From assembly GCF_021028975.2 (NCBI RefSeq), contig NC_059428.1, forward strand, positions 153,822,001 through 153,886,000: a stretch of DNA of 64,000 bases. The letters run 5' to 3'. This document shows positions 23,457 through 35,324 of this stretch, one piece after another (position 1 is the stretch's first letter; every line of letters begins with the position of its first letter). The position numbers were made by a program, and so were the translations under genes. The notes below the pieces were generated by a model. It ran no database searches and had not been told where the DNA came from. It saw only the letters and a program-made list of their open reading frames with translations. Source of the DNA: Sphaerodactylus townsendi. Taxonomy: Eukaryota.

Positions 23457-24118
23457 AGCAAGTATCAAAACATGTTACCTCTGCTCTGTGCTTTATGTTG
23501 ACTGTAGCCCCCACTAAACATGTTTGCACAAAAAAGGTGGCACGGTTTGGATGAAGTGGTGTGCTTACTTCATGTTCAGGAGGCTCTTGGATCCCTTGAT
23601 CTTGAACATCATGCTACTTAGTGGGCCTTAGAGACTTCTAGCAGGAAATGCCACTGAGCATATCTTTATGGAGATCCTGTGGGTAAGTCCTTGTATCCTG
23701 GCCATGTCTGAAGGAGTTACAGTGTTGGGATAAGGTCAGAGAGTACCATATTCTATTCCCTTCTCTGCCATGGGAACTCACTGGCTGGTCTTGGGCCGGC
23801 CATTGTTTGTCTCAGCCTAACCTACCACACAAGGTGGCATAGTGGTTAAGAGCAGGTACACTCTAATCTGGAGAACTGGGTTTGATTCCCTGCTTTGCCA
23901 CTTGAGCTGTGGAGGCTTATCCGGGAAACCAGATTAGCTTATGCACTCCAGCACAGGCCAGCTGGGTGACCTTGGGCTAGTCACAGTTCTTCGGAGCTCT
24001 CTCAGCCCCACCCACCTCACAGGGTGTTTGTTGTGGGGGTGGGGAAGGGAAAGGAGTTTGTAAGCCCCTTTGAGTCTCCTTATAGGAGAGAAAGGGGGGG
24101 ATATAAATTCAAACTCTT
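23457..24118 (+). repeat. Left arm of a ~660-bp inverted duplication (pairs with 26525-27190)
   Basis: Reverse complement aligns end to end, including about 250 bp of non-SINE sequence. Confidence 0.93.
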
Positions 24119-24248
24119 GTGTGATGGAGTGCACAGGCCAATCTAGTTCACCAGATAAGCCTCCACAGCTCAAGTAGCAGAGCGGGGAATCAAACCTGGT
24201 TCTCCAGATTACAGTGCACCTGCTCTCAACCGCTACGCCACTGCTGCT
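24119..24248 (-). mobile_element. 5' half of a Squam3-like SINE abutting the inverted-duplication breakpoint
   Basis: Opposite orientation to the SINE at 23835-24118; its 3' half is missing. Confidence 0.8.
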
Positions 24249-26230
24249 TTCCAGTTACCCACTCTTGTACTGTCCATTCAGCAATACTGAGTTCTGCGTG
24301 TGAAATGGGAAGTGTTTATGATGGTCTGTTTTTGCCCCATGGGCACTGCATACTCTTAAAACCCGTGTCTGGCAAGTGCTAATGTGGCATGGTTGAACAC
24401 TGTGCTCTGATGTGCCACATTTATGCTGTGATTTGGTGTGATTTGGCACATGGACTGGTAATGACCTGACTTCTTGGGCATGCCTGACCAGATGGCTTTA
24501 GCTAGGAAATGGGATCAAGGGCCAGCTTGGCTGAAGGAGGGCTGTAAGAGGAGCCACTTCCCTTTCAGTGGGTCCAGAGGTGGAAAAGGAAACACTTGGG
24601 ACGTCCTCTCATCGACTGGAGTCCTAAATGGGGGGAGGGGGGTGTAACAGAACTCCTGTTTTGGTCTGCCGCTGTTTTTTACTGATGCATCCATAGGTTA
24701 CAAGAATGGGCGCCATCATACAGCTGTTTTATGTCGTTGACTTTACCTGTCTAATTTATTGTTGCGCACCACTCTGAGCCCGTTTTACAGGGAGAGCGGT
24801 CTATAAATCAAATAAATCCTAGCAGTTTTTGCCTCTATTCTCTGCCATTCCCCAGTAGGGAAATAAATGGTTTCTCCACTTCCCATACTTTGGGCTTGGT
24901 ACTCAACTCTGAAAGCGAGGGCTGCCAATAAGCTGCATGGTGACGTGCAATGTGTGGCACCTGTTGGCTGTCGCCAGTCCCGCTGTGGCATGATGCCAGG
25001 GCGCCCTTTCCGAAATGCCAACCAGGAGTCAGATGCTGTAGCTCCTGCTCACCCCTCTGTGGAGAAGCAGAGGTCTCTAGTCAAAGCAGGTTTTACAGAC
25101 TATAACGGCGACAGGAAGTGTAGCGCAGCTTTGCCCCTGAACCCCCAGGACATCATGATGCTCTGGATAAATGGCTGCTGAGCTGTAACAGGAAGCACCT
25201 CTTATGAGATTTTTGTTCTTGTACTTCCTGAGTAGGTATTACTGATGCTGGGAATAACGCGTATCCCAGCGCAGGCCCCGTTTGGTCGGGCAGAGCGCAG
25301 TCCCAGGGAATGCCTGGTGTAAACGTCAACATGGCTGGTCAAATGCACAAGCCAGTACCCAGTGGCCTGGCTGCAAAGAGCTCATTTAAAAAAAAAAAAC
25401 CTTTGCTCCAGCAAGTATATGATTATTGACTCAAAGTTCAGCGGCGGAGCATTGCAGTCTATGCAGCAGGTTAGACTTTAAACCGTTGGGCATTGCTGAG
25501 ATAAAACTTGGCTCGAGAAGAATGTAGTGGCGGGGGGGGGGGGGCGTGTTTGGGACTGGCCATAAGATCCCTTTTTCCTAGCATTCCTCTGATGCCCACC
25601 ATGGAGAATGGCCTGGCCTATGGTATCCTTGGCACACCAATACTTTGAAAGCGTTTGCATGCAAAAAGCAAAGCACGGTGGCGTGTAGCGCTTTGGTTGG
25701 GATTGCTGGCAAAACGGTCTTGCTCTTGGCGACATGACTCTTTCCCCTTTTTTTTGCACCGAGAAGGAACGTGATTGCAGAATCCAGGGGATCCTGCCAC
25801 AGAATCGAGCCCGGGCAGTTCGCGAATTCCATAAATGGTATTTCTCTTCAGCCTGGCGTTCACTCGGCTGACATAGTGTTGACTGTTCGGGATTCTGAGG
25901 AAGGGGCTTCCTGAAGCACTGCGAGATGCAAAGTCCATTGTCTGAGTGGCTGGTCTGTTCTTGGAAGGGAACTCCAGTGCTTCAGCCAGACATTGCAGCA
26001 AGCTAATCTTTTCTTTTGGCGGGTGGGGGGGTTGACAAGCAGGCTCTTCGCCACATCTGGAAAGCGATGAGTAGTATCCGTGTTGCAGAGCTAACTGGTC
26101 TGCAGCATGTTGTGGGCCCAGTAAAACATATCTTCAGCATTGTGTGGAGGGGGTGGTGCTGGCTGCCTGCTCCCTGGACGTATGGGAACACCCTGTCCCT
26201 GGGTCTGGTGAGCTCAGTGATTAACCGTGG

Positions 26231-26264
<34 letters not shown>

Positions 26265-26273
26265 TTCTTCCAG

Positions 26274-26457
26274 CCTTGGGCGCCGCATATGGCACAGCGA
26301 AGAGCGGGACAGGTATTGCAGCCATGTCCGTCATGCGGCCAGAGCTGATCATGAAGTCCATCATCCCTGTGGTCATGGCAGGCATCATAGCAATCTACGG
26401 CCTGGTAGTGGCAGTCCTCATCGCCACCTCCCTCACGGTCGACATCACGCTATACAA
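26274..26457 (+). CDS. ATP6V0C: V-ATPase subunit c, coding exon 2
   Basis: (CT)n tract + CAG; [45 protein letters not shown]; donor AA|GTAAGC; 184 nt. Confidence 0.98.
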
Positions 26458-26524
26458 GTAAGCACCTTGGTTGGGAGGCAACTGGAGTTGCTGTGTTCCT
26501 ATTGTCCTCGTTCTAGAGAAGAAG

Positions 26525-27190
26525 AAGAGTTCGGATTTATATCCCCCCTTTCTCTCCCGTAAGGAGACTCAAAGGGGCTTACAATCTCCTTTCCCTTCCC
26601 CACCCCCACAACAAACACCCTGTGAGGTAGGTGGGGCTGAGAGAGCTCCGAAGAACTGTGACTAGCCCAAGGTCACCCAGCTGGCATGTGTCGGGAGTGC
26701 ACAAGCTAATCTGGTTCCCCAGATAAACCTCCACAGCTCAAGTGGCAGAGCGGGGAATCAAACCCAGTTCTCCAGATTAGAGTGTACCTGCTCTTAACCA
26801 CTATGCCACCTTGTGAGGTAGGTTAGGCTGAGACAAACAGTGGCCGGCTCCAGACCAGTCAGTAAGCTTCCACGGCAGAGAAGGGAATAGAATATGGTGC
26901 TCTCTGACCCGGCCTAGCCCAACACTGTAACTCCTTCAGACATGGCCAGGATACAAGGACTTACCCTCAGCATCTCCATAAAGACATGCTCAGTGGCATT
27001 TCCTGCTAGAAGTCTCTAAGGCCCACTAAGTAGCATGATGTTCAAGATCAAGGGATCCAAGAGCCTCCTGAACACGAAGTAAGCCCACCACTTCATCCAA
27101 ACCGTGCCACCTTTTTTGTGCAAACATGGTTAGTGGGGGCTACAGTCAACATAAAGCACAGAGCAGAGGTAGCATGTTTTGATACTTGCT
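26525..27190 (-). repeat. Right arm of the inverted duplication, starting 68 nt after ATP6V0C exon 2
   Basis: Reverse complement of 23457-24118. Confidence 0.93.
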
Positions 27191-28289
27191 ACAGCACTAC
27201 ACCATGCTGGTGGGCCCTTCTGTGCCCGAAGCATACAAGAGTCTGTATTCAGAACAACACTGCCGCGCACTTCTCTGCCATCTGTGGCTGTGCCTGCAAT
27301 GTGCAAGCATATCCATGTGCTGAGTAAACTGAAGCCTTCAGGTGCAGCTGTGTGCTGAGCCAATTCTGTGAATGATGGTCTTTTTTTTTTTTTTTAAGTA
27401 GCGGGGCCCGGCCACACGTTGGTGTGGCAATTGTCCTTCTCATCACAGTCCGCAACCCATACAGATGTCCATGCAGGTCCAATGATCCGCAGCATAGCCT
27501 TTTGGGGTGGTCAAAGGGAATCCCTCTTTCCCTTATCAATTCACAATGTTATATGGTGGTGTGTTGTTTTTTTAGTAAAGGTAACCCTTTCCATTCCACA
27601 GTGGAACTGTCCAGAGTGCGAATCCCGCTGTCCATGAGGCTGGTTGACACGTACAGTCCTGGCTTGGGGAAGGCAGAACTGGGGCTAGGAGGCTATCCTA
27701 GTCAGGCAGCAGAGGCAGGGTGGTGAGGCGCTCAGATTGAGGCCAACTCCCTGGGTTCTTCAAGGGCCATGTGCAAAAGAAGCGGAGCCAGTAGTGTTGG
27801 TTCGCCCCCACCCTGCGGATTTTCTTAGAAGAAAAAGGCAAACTCCAGCTCGCTTTTAGTAAGGTGTGTGAGGATGAGCTGGATGTGTATGAGAATATGT
27901 GTGTTGTGTGGTAGCAGTGGGTGAGGCACAGAGAGTGAAAGTTACCTGCGTGTGAGGGGGGGAACCCCACCTGATGTCTCACACGGCAAAATGTCTATGT
28001 GTTTCACTTCCACCCGTATTACCTAACAGTATTACCTATTTACTGTTTTCAGTGCTCATCTCTGGCCATATGCGTGAACATTGTAAGGGCATACCAACCC
28101 CTCAGGCCACAGACATGGTGCACGAACATTCTAAGTGTAACAGTTAAACACAGTCGGCTTCATGGCCTGGTGTGCCAGGAAAAAGACGTTTTACCTGGCT
28201 CAGGTATGGACTTTCAGCGATTTGAAGGTCCAATTACCTGCCCACAACAGGGAGGAACGAACGTCATGTGAAAATTTGGGGGCAATCTG

Positions 28290-28585
28290 TCCAGCCGTTT
28301 CTCTCCTGCAGGAGACTCAAAGGGGCTTACAATCTCCTTGCCCTTCCCCCCTCACTACAAACACCCTGTGAGGTAGGTGGGGCTGAGGGAGCTCCGAGAA
28401 ACTGGATTTTGAGCCCAAGGTCACTTCCGGCCTGGCGTGATGTAGGTGGAGTGTACAGAGGCTAAATCTGAATTCCTCCAAGATAAAGCCTCAACAGCTC
28501 AAAGGCTGGCAAGAGGCGAGGAATCAAACCCGGTTCCTCCAGATTAGATACACAAGCTCTTAACCTCCTACGCCACTGCTGCTCC
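28290..28585 (-). mobile_element. Squam3-like SINE (insertion-noisy)
   Basis: Family consensus with many 1-nt insertions. Confidence 0.75.
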
Positions 28586-29007
28586 TACATTGATTTTGTA
28601 GGGACAGGATCTTTCATTAAAAGGCACTTTCTGTATTACCCCGACCGGTAGGTGAGGGGAGAATGTTACATCTGGCAAGAGTTAAAGCTCGACAGAGTTT
28701 GGGCCCCATAACCAAACAGAAATATCTAGCTACAGTGTACGGTTTCAATGGAATGCCCAAATACAAAATCGATGTAGTTATAAGAACTTGTTTTTACCTA
28801 TTTAATATATTAGTCCTCCCATGTTTTCACAGAAGGGCACCTGCTGGTTAGTACAGAGCTGTCATAGCAGGTCTTCATTGTTGCACTTTTTCTCATGGAA
28901 AAACGTCGGGATATGTGTGAATTAATCCGCCACACCTTCCTAGTGCCTGCTTCTCCCCCACCCAGGGTCCAATTCTCTTTTAAGATTAAAGAATCTTATT
29001 TTAAGTG

Positions 29008-29172
29008 AAGAAGAAGAGTTGGATTTATACCCCCCTTTCTCTCCAGTAGGAAACTCAAAAGGGCTTACAAACTCCTTTCCTCCCCCCCCCCCCACACACA
29101 CAACAAACACCTGTGAGGTAGGTGGGGCTGAGAGAGCTCCGAAGATCTGTGACTAGCCCAGGGTCACCCAGT
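29008..29172 (-). mobile_element. Squam3-like SINE, 3' part
   Basis: Tail plus body. Confidence 0.75.
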
Positions 29173-29487
29173 CGTGGCTACATCAAAACTTTTGCATTGT
29201 TAAACATAGCACTCCGATAAACGAGCATTTATATTGCTTCAAACAGCTATCAGCAACACTTTTGTTCTTATACAGTCGCACCTGCCATTCCGTAGGCTTG
29301 GTGCTGCCGCAGGATACAAGCCAGCGGTTAAATAAGTTTTTCTAAGGCTAAAAGAGAATCTGTGCTTTGACCCGGTGGGCGTAATTGTTAGCCGACTTTT
29401 GCCGTAAGAACTATCGACGACTTTGCATTATAGGTGTTTCAGTGCGGGGAGAGCAACGTATGGCTTTGCCACTGCAGCAATATAAAC

Positions 29488-29545
29488 TGTAGCAATGGAC
29501 TCAAGCAGCTGGAAATTGTAGCAATGGACTCAAGCAGCTGGAAAT
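29488..29545. repeat. Perfect 29-bp tandem duplication
   Basis: TGTAGCAATGGACTCAAGCAGCTGGAAAT x2. Confidence 0.95.
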
Positions 29546-30491
29546 TGCCAACCTGCCATCCTGGGAATGGATGGGTTGATGAGAGCATTTCCCAAAACTA
29601 CTGTGTGTATTCAGGCCTTGTGTGTATTCAGTGGGGTTTGGAATGGACATGAAAAACAGGAGCCCAGTGTTCAGAGACACACATCTGAAGTCATACAGAA
29701 TAGTGAAGATCAGCCCCCTGCAGCCCTCTCCCCAAATTCTAATACGCCAAACTGGCTCCTTGGATATTTATGCCATCTGGCCAGCCCATTTGGAAAAGAT
29801 TTCCTGGCTTTTTCTACCAAGCTATTCCTGAAACCTTCACTTTGATATGGCAAAAACATGTAAATACGTAATAACTCTGACATGTGTTGCAGCAGCCAAG
29901 TGCTGAATTATTCAGCGATTACTTCTTTTGAAGCTCGCATGTAAACCAATCCTCCGCATACTCTTTCCCTGCGAGCCTGGAAACGGGCTGAAACCCAATC
30001 GGCTTTAAACTTTCATGAGAAGTTGTAGCTGGCCTTTGACTTGTGATGAAAGGATGTACCCAGCCATGACATCTTGCACAACTGTAGATCCAGCTGGCAG
30101 GCTGGATCCAATAAGCTCTCTGCTTGTGGAGATGGATCTTTTCCTACCTTCCCCTCCTATACCCCAGGAAACAAACATTATGCTCAGATAATCCCACATT
30201 CCCTTTTGTGTAGCACCAGCTCTCTTTCTTTGCTAAGGTCTCCTGTCAGATCCAGCCCTGTGCATTTCTCCTTGCTTGATCAAATTAGCATTTGTGTGTG
30301 ACAGGGTAGCAGTTGAAGCCATCTTGGGTGCATGGTCTGAAAGTATCAGGAGAGTTAGAGGACAGATTGTCCAGAACATTCCTTGTTGAGAAGCAGAAAA
30401 AAATCATGTCGAATCTCTCTTGCTTCTATCGGGTGTCGTTGTGGTCCCTATTTTTTGTGCCACTGAATATGGGAAACGTGGCCTTCTAGGG

Positions 30492-30639
30492 CAGTGGTGG
30501 CGAACCTATGGCAGTCCAGATGTTCATAGACTACAATTCCCATCAGCCCCTGCCAGTATGGCCAATGGGCCATGTTTGCAGGGGCTGATGGGAATTGTAG
30601 TCCATGGTCATCTGGACTGCCATAGGTTCGGCGCCACTA
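30492..30639. mobile_element. hAT-type palindromic MITE
   Basis: 8-bp TSD TTCTAGGG. Confidence 0.85.
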
Positions 30640-31604
30640 TTCTAGGGTATTCGGTGGGACCAGCCGTAGGTAACATATACCTGGGTGATAGGAGCCAGAG
30701 ATCCTTTATGGCAACCATACTGGGTTGAGCTTGCCATGTGACACTGAGGAAGTCTAGTAAGTTGAGTGGAGCCCTAGCAAAGCAATATGGAGGCAGATAA
30801 TTTTTTTAATGTTTTGGTAGCAGCGACCAAGGATCTGCACTGTTGTTGAAGTTCAGCTGCAGCAATAATTTCGTGGCTGGCACCTCTTTCTGTGTTGCTG
30901 TGCCCACTATCCCATGTCAGGATTCCAACTGTGCCCTCAAGCTCAGGAAGGTTGGGGGCTCCAGAAGTAGGGAATCGATTTAGTTTCACACTGTCTCTCC
31001 CCACTCCAAAGTATTGTCAGGAACCCATTTGCTGCCTTAGCGACACCTGCCATCTCCCCGCACGTTAAGAAACGTGCACAGACCATTCAGAAATTATTTT
31101 TTCCCTGTGTTTCCTTCATCAAATGCCCTTGTGAACTCTGCTGTTCACTCCTCCCCTTGTCACATCTGCATAGGGGAGATATGCTCATAACATCTGGAAA
31201 AAGTAGGCTGTGATCCGCCTAAAGGTTATGCATCTTGCTAGTCTCAAGATTCTGGTTTGAGTGTTAACTTCCTGGGGACTGACCAAGGCCTTCTTGGGTC
31301 TGTTCCCCTTGGCATAAGCATCGCGTTGTTCCAGGTTCATGGGCCAGTCGAACCCCAAGCCGCACTAGGCCAGGTCTGTATGGAACTGTGTATCCTAGAC
31401 CCAGGTAGTTGGAGCTATAGGAGAATAAATGGGTGAGAATTGTGTGTTGTAAAAAGGGAGAGCAGCCAAAGTGCATTGGCTTATCTGACCATCCAGGAAG
31501 TTGCTGGATTCTGATGCCGCTCTAGGATGGAACAGAGCTCTTTGGTCACAGTTGGGCCACGTTCACTGTTCACTCTTTCTCTCCCTTTGTCTTCCCCTGT
31601 CCAG

Positions 31605-31809
31605 GAGTTTCCTTCAGCTGGGTGCCGGTCTGAGCGTGGGCTTGAGCGGTCTGGCTGCCGGCTTTGCCATCGGCATCGTGGGCGATGCAGGCGTACGGGG
31701 GACAGCGCAGCAGCCCAGGTTATTTGTGGGCATGATCCTAATCTTGATCTTCGCTGAAGTCTTGGGTCTCTATGGCCTCATCGTGGCCCTTATTCTTTCC
31801 ACAAAGTAA
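31605..31809 (+). CDS. ATP6V0C: V-ATPase subunit c, coding exon 3
   Basis: [67 protein letters not shown]; proton-carrying Glu present; total CDS 459 nt. Confidence 0.98.
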
Positions 31810-32466
31810 ATTAAATTTTAAAAAAATGCCACAGAATACGGTGTGTATAAAAAATAATAATAATGAAAAATATTGGAAAAGAAAAACAAAGCTCCAGAAT
31901 GAAAATGGTCTCTCTCTCCTCTCTCTCCTCTCTCCACACCACGTGTACAGTTGTCATCAGTTTGGTAGTTGACCTCCTGTAAATGCGCAATATATGTTAG
32001 TGACTCGTCCGTCCTGTGTGTACTTCAATATTGAAACCAACCAACCAATCCGGATGGGCTCCCCTCAGACCTTTTCTGCAGAGACTCGAGGGGAGCTCAT
32101 GCAATTTTTCATCCATTTTCCCATTAGAGTACTTTATGTATAAATATGAACTAGAATTGTAACTTCCTATCTCTCTCTCTCTCTCTCTTTACTGGATGTT
32201 TTATTTATAAGACTTGACATGTTCATACATTAACGGAGCAGCAGTTGTCCAGTGTCCCATTCTCTCTCTATATTAATCTCATATCTAGGTAGATAAAACA
32301 CTGTGGGGTTAATTGTTTAAAGTGCAGAGAAAAAAAAATTCCTTGGATGTAACTTGATTCTCGAGATTGCTGTTGTGTCCTGGTATTGGAGTGTGAGACT
32401 GTTCGTGTTTATACAAATAACAGCAAAAATGTCTGAGGCACTCCTGTGTTCCCAGTAGTAAAAAAA

Positions 32467-32479
32467 AATAAAAAATAAA
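32467..32479 (+). terminator. ATP6V0C: ATP6V0C polyadenylation signals (tandem AATAAA; another at 32544-32549)
   Basis: AATAAA at 32467 and 32474 followed by GT-rich sequence. Confidence 0.7.
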
Positions 32480-35177
32480 TTGTATGCTCCGGCATCCAAG
32501 TTGTGCACCCAGTGTTGGGTTTCGCAGTTATACGTTTCCGGGTAATAAAATTTCCTCCACTACATCATTGTAAAAGGGGCCGTGTCTTGTGTGAACTGTA
32601 TGCAGTGTCGTTTCTGCTTGCGTGGGGGTTGCAATTGAGGGGAGCTTAAATTGCCTGGCTCTTGCGGCATAACTTTTTCAGCACCCACGGGCATTTTAAG
32701 AACAAATCACCGTTCCTTCCATCTACTGGCTGTGCCTGTGAGCAGAAAGATTTCCGGGCTCTGACTTGACAGCTGGCGAGCAGACCTCTGCGCCTGGAAC
32801 GAAAGGTTGCCTACATTCGTCAAAGGATATTGTGTGAGCCTCCCCGGAATGTTGGAGTAGCTGATGCAGTGCATCGACCATCCAACGTGCTCCTGGCAGA
32901 GTGATCTCACCAGGTCTGGTGTCCCTTTTCAGCGCAGAAACCACCATAACAAGAAAAGCGTGTGTCCCTGGTAATTTTAGAGGCCTGCTTGTGGTGTGTA
33001 CCCTTCTAACCCAGTTGGCCTGAAGTTCTTTTGAACAGCAACTCCTTGGCTGCCAAGTACAAATGTTTATGACAATTAATTTAAAAAGAAGGGGCAGAAA
33101 CTTCAAGCAGTCTGATGTTCTAATAGTAAATTGTGTGGGCTCTCTCTGGAGGGCCAGCAGGGCACTGAAGGCAGCTGAGAACAGGTTTGGTGCTTTTCAG
33201 CCTTTTTGGGGGTGGGGTGTAGCTTGACTATACTGATATGTGTGGCTGAGGAGGCCAAGTCTGGCTGGAGCATTTGTATCCCACCCTCCACACGAAGCAG
33301 CTCAGTGTGTGGTTCGTGATTCTGTCTTTTCCGTTGAACATCACAATGGTCTTGGGAGGTAGGCCAGGCTTGGAGAATATGGCTCAGTCACCCAGCAAGC
33401 ATTACGCAGAACGGGTGGTTCCATCCAGCCCGGCTGTATCCAATTGTAAACCGTGTCTCACTGGACCTTGCTGCTCTACAGAGATGGAAAGCTTTGAGCA
33501 AAGACTCCGTTACTGGCCCTGGTGGGAGGAACTGGTGAATGCTGATTCTCCCCTAATCTGGTAACACGTTCCAAGGAAGTGCAGTGCCCTTCTGTTTTCA
33601 TCCTGATCACAAATAGGACACTCCAGGTGCTCAGCTTTTGGGGGCAGGGGGAGAACACCTACAAACTTAGCCTTTTGAGATATTCACACACAGTTTTAGC
33701 CTGTTTAGAGTTCAGCTGTTTTTTGGAGGTGCTCTCTCAGGTATGTGAAATGACCCCTCCCAGGCAAACATTGTCGTGTCCGGCTGCAAAGCTGACAGAA
33801 TCCTTGAGGGCCCAGCTTTCTTCCTCTTGCAGTGGTGCGCAGTTAGGTAGAGAGAAACACAAGCATGAAATACACATGCATCACGTCAGTTGCGAAGGGG
33901 ATGTGACATACCTGGTTCTTGATTTCTGTTCAGTTGCATAGAGGCAGCCCGTGGGAAGGGCTCAGGCTGCTACTACTGGACATTGATAGGAACAAAAAAT
34001 AGAGCACACGCCTGTTTTTTTAATTTGTGAGAAGCGTGGAGGATGCTGTCGGGGCTGAAACCACAGGCCACATGGAGCGCAGGAAAAGCAGCTGGCAGGC
34101 TGGATTAAGTCTGCAGTTCCCCTGCGCTTTCCCTCAGATTTGGGCTTCCTCCGCACATCCAACGAAGTGTCTCTAGGCTTCCCTGCATTAGCTCAGCAGA
34201 AATCTCTGGCAATTTGGACCATTGAGAATTTATGTGAGTCATTCAGCCTCTCTCCCCCACCCACCCCCACTCCAGTCATGTTGCAGCCTCCAACAGATTG
34301 GCCGAACCTAGGAACATCACCCCCACCTTGGACTGGGAAATATTTGCATGGATTTCCTTGGAGGGGCTGCAGGGATGTTGCAAAATCACAGAATCTGTCC
34401 TGATTACCACCACAAAAGGAGAAGAGTGACAGATACGCTCCCATGTCAAAGAACATCGCCCTGTTCCAGTTTTCTCATCTAAGCTGTGCGTACTGCAGAA
34501 GTGAGTCAGCTCTGCAGAAGGGGAGGGGGGAGCCAGACAAAAGAAGAGGAGCAGAGCCACTCCAATATCTAAGGAGCAACATCAATTAATAGTTACCTGT
34601 TTGGGAAGAGGCTAGTGTGAAGGGGCTGGCCAAGCAGATATGGTTCTTTCCAGGAAGAGTGCCCTTTGTTCATTCAGCTCTTTCTGGTTCCGGGTGGCAT
34701 TTGCCAGAACAAAAGCCGTGCTGTGGAATAAGCCCTTCCCTGGAGAAGTGGTAATTGGTGGTTTGGGCCCAGACTTGCTTCCAGGGTTGGTGGTTTGCGG
34801 GGGGGGGGGGGGTTCTTTTGAGCTGGGGTTAGCCCTAAAATCATGCCTGATTTGCTCAGAAGTGAATTGACGTGGCAGATCTCGTGTTCCAAGTCTTGGT
34901 TGAACTGTAGAGTGACCAAGAAAGAAGGGGGGGGGGGCAGGGCTGTGTGTGTTGCAGTGGTTAAGAGTGGGGGATTCTAATCTGGAGAACCAAGGTTTGT
35001 TTCCCCTCTCTTACACATAAAGCCTGCTAGGTGACCTTGAGCTAGTCACAGTTCTCTTGGAACTTTTTCAGCCCCACCTACCTCACAAGGTGGTCTGTTG
35101 TGGGGAGGGGAAAGGAAGGCGATGGTAAGCTGCTTTGAGACGCCTTGTGATATCACAATTTGGGATCCTAATACACT

Positions 35178-35324
35178 GGCCCCTTCCGCACATGCCGAAT
35201 AATGCACATTCAATCCACTTTCACAATTGTTTGCAAGTGGATTTTGCTCTTCTGCACAGTAAAATTCAACTGCAAAGTGCATTGAAAGTGGATTGAAAGT
35301 GCATTATTCATGTGCGGAAGGGGC
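35178..35324. mobile_element. Harbinger-like palindromic MITE
   Basis: Same TIR family. Confidence 0.7.

Noticed and set aside
29488-29545. CRISPR-like or functional repeat
   Set aside because: Two adjacent copies with no spacer in a vertebrate intron; simple slippage duplication.
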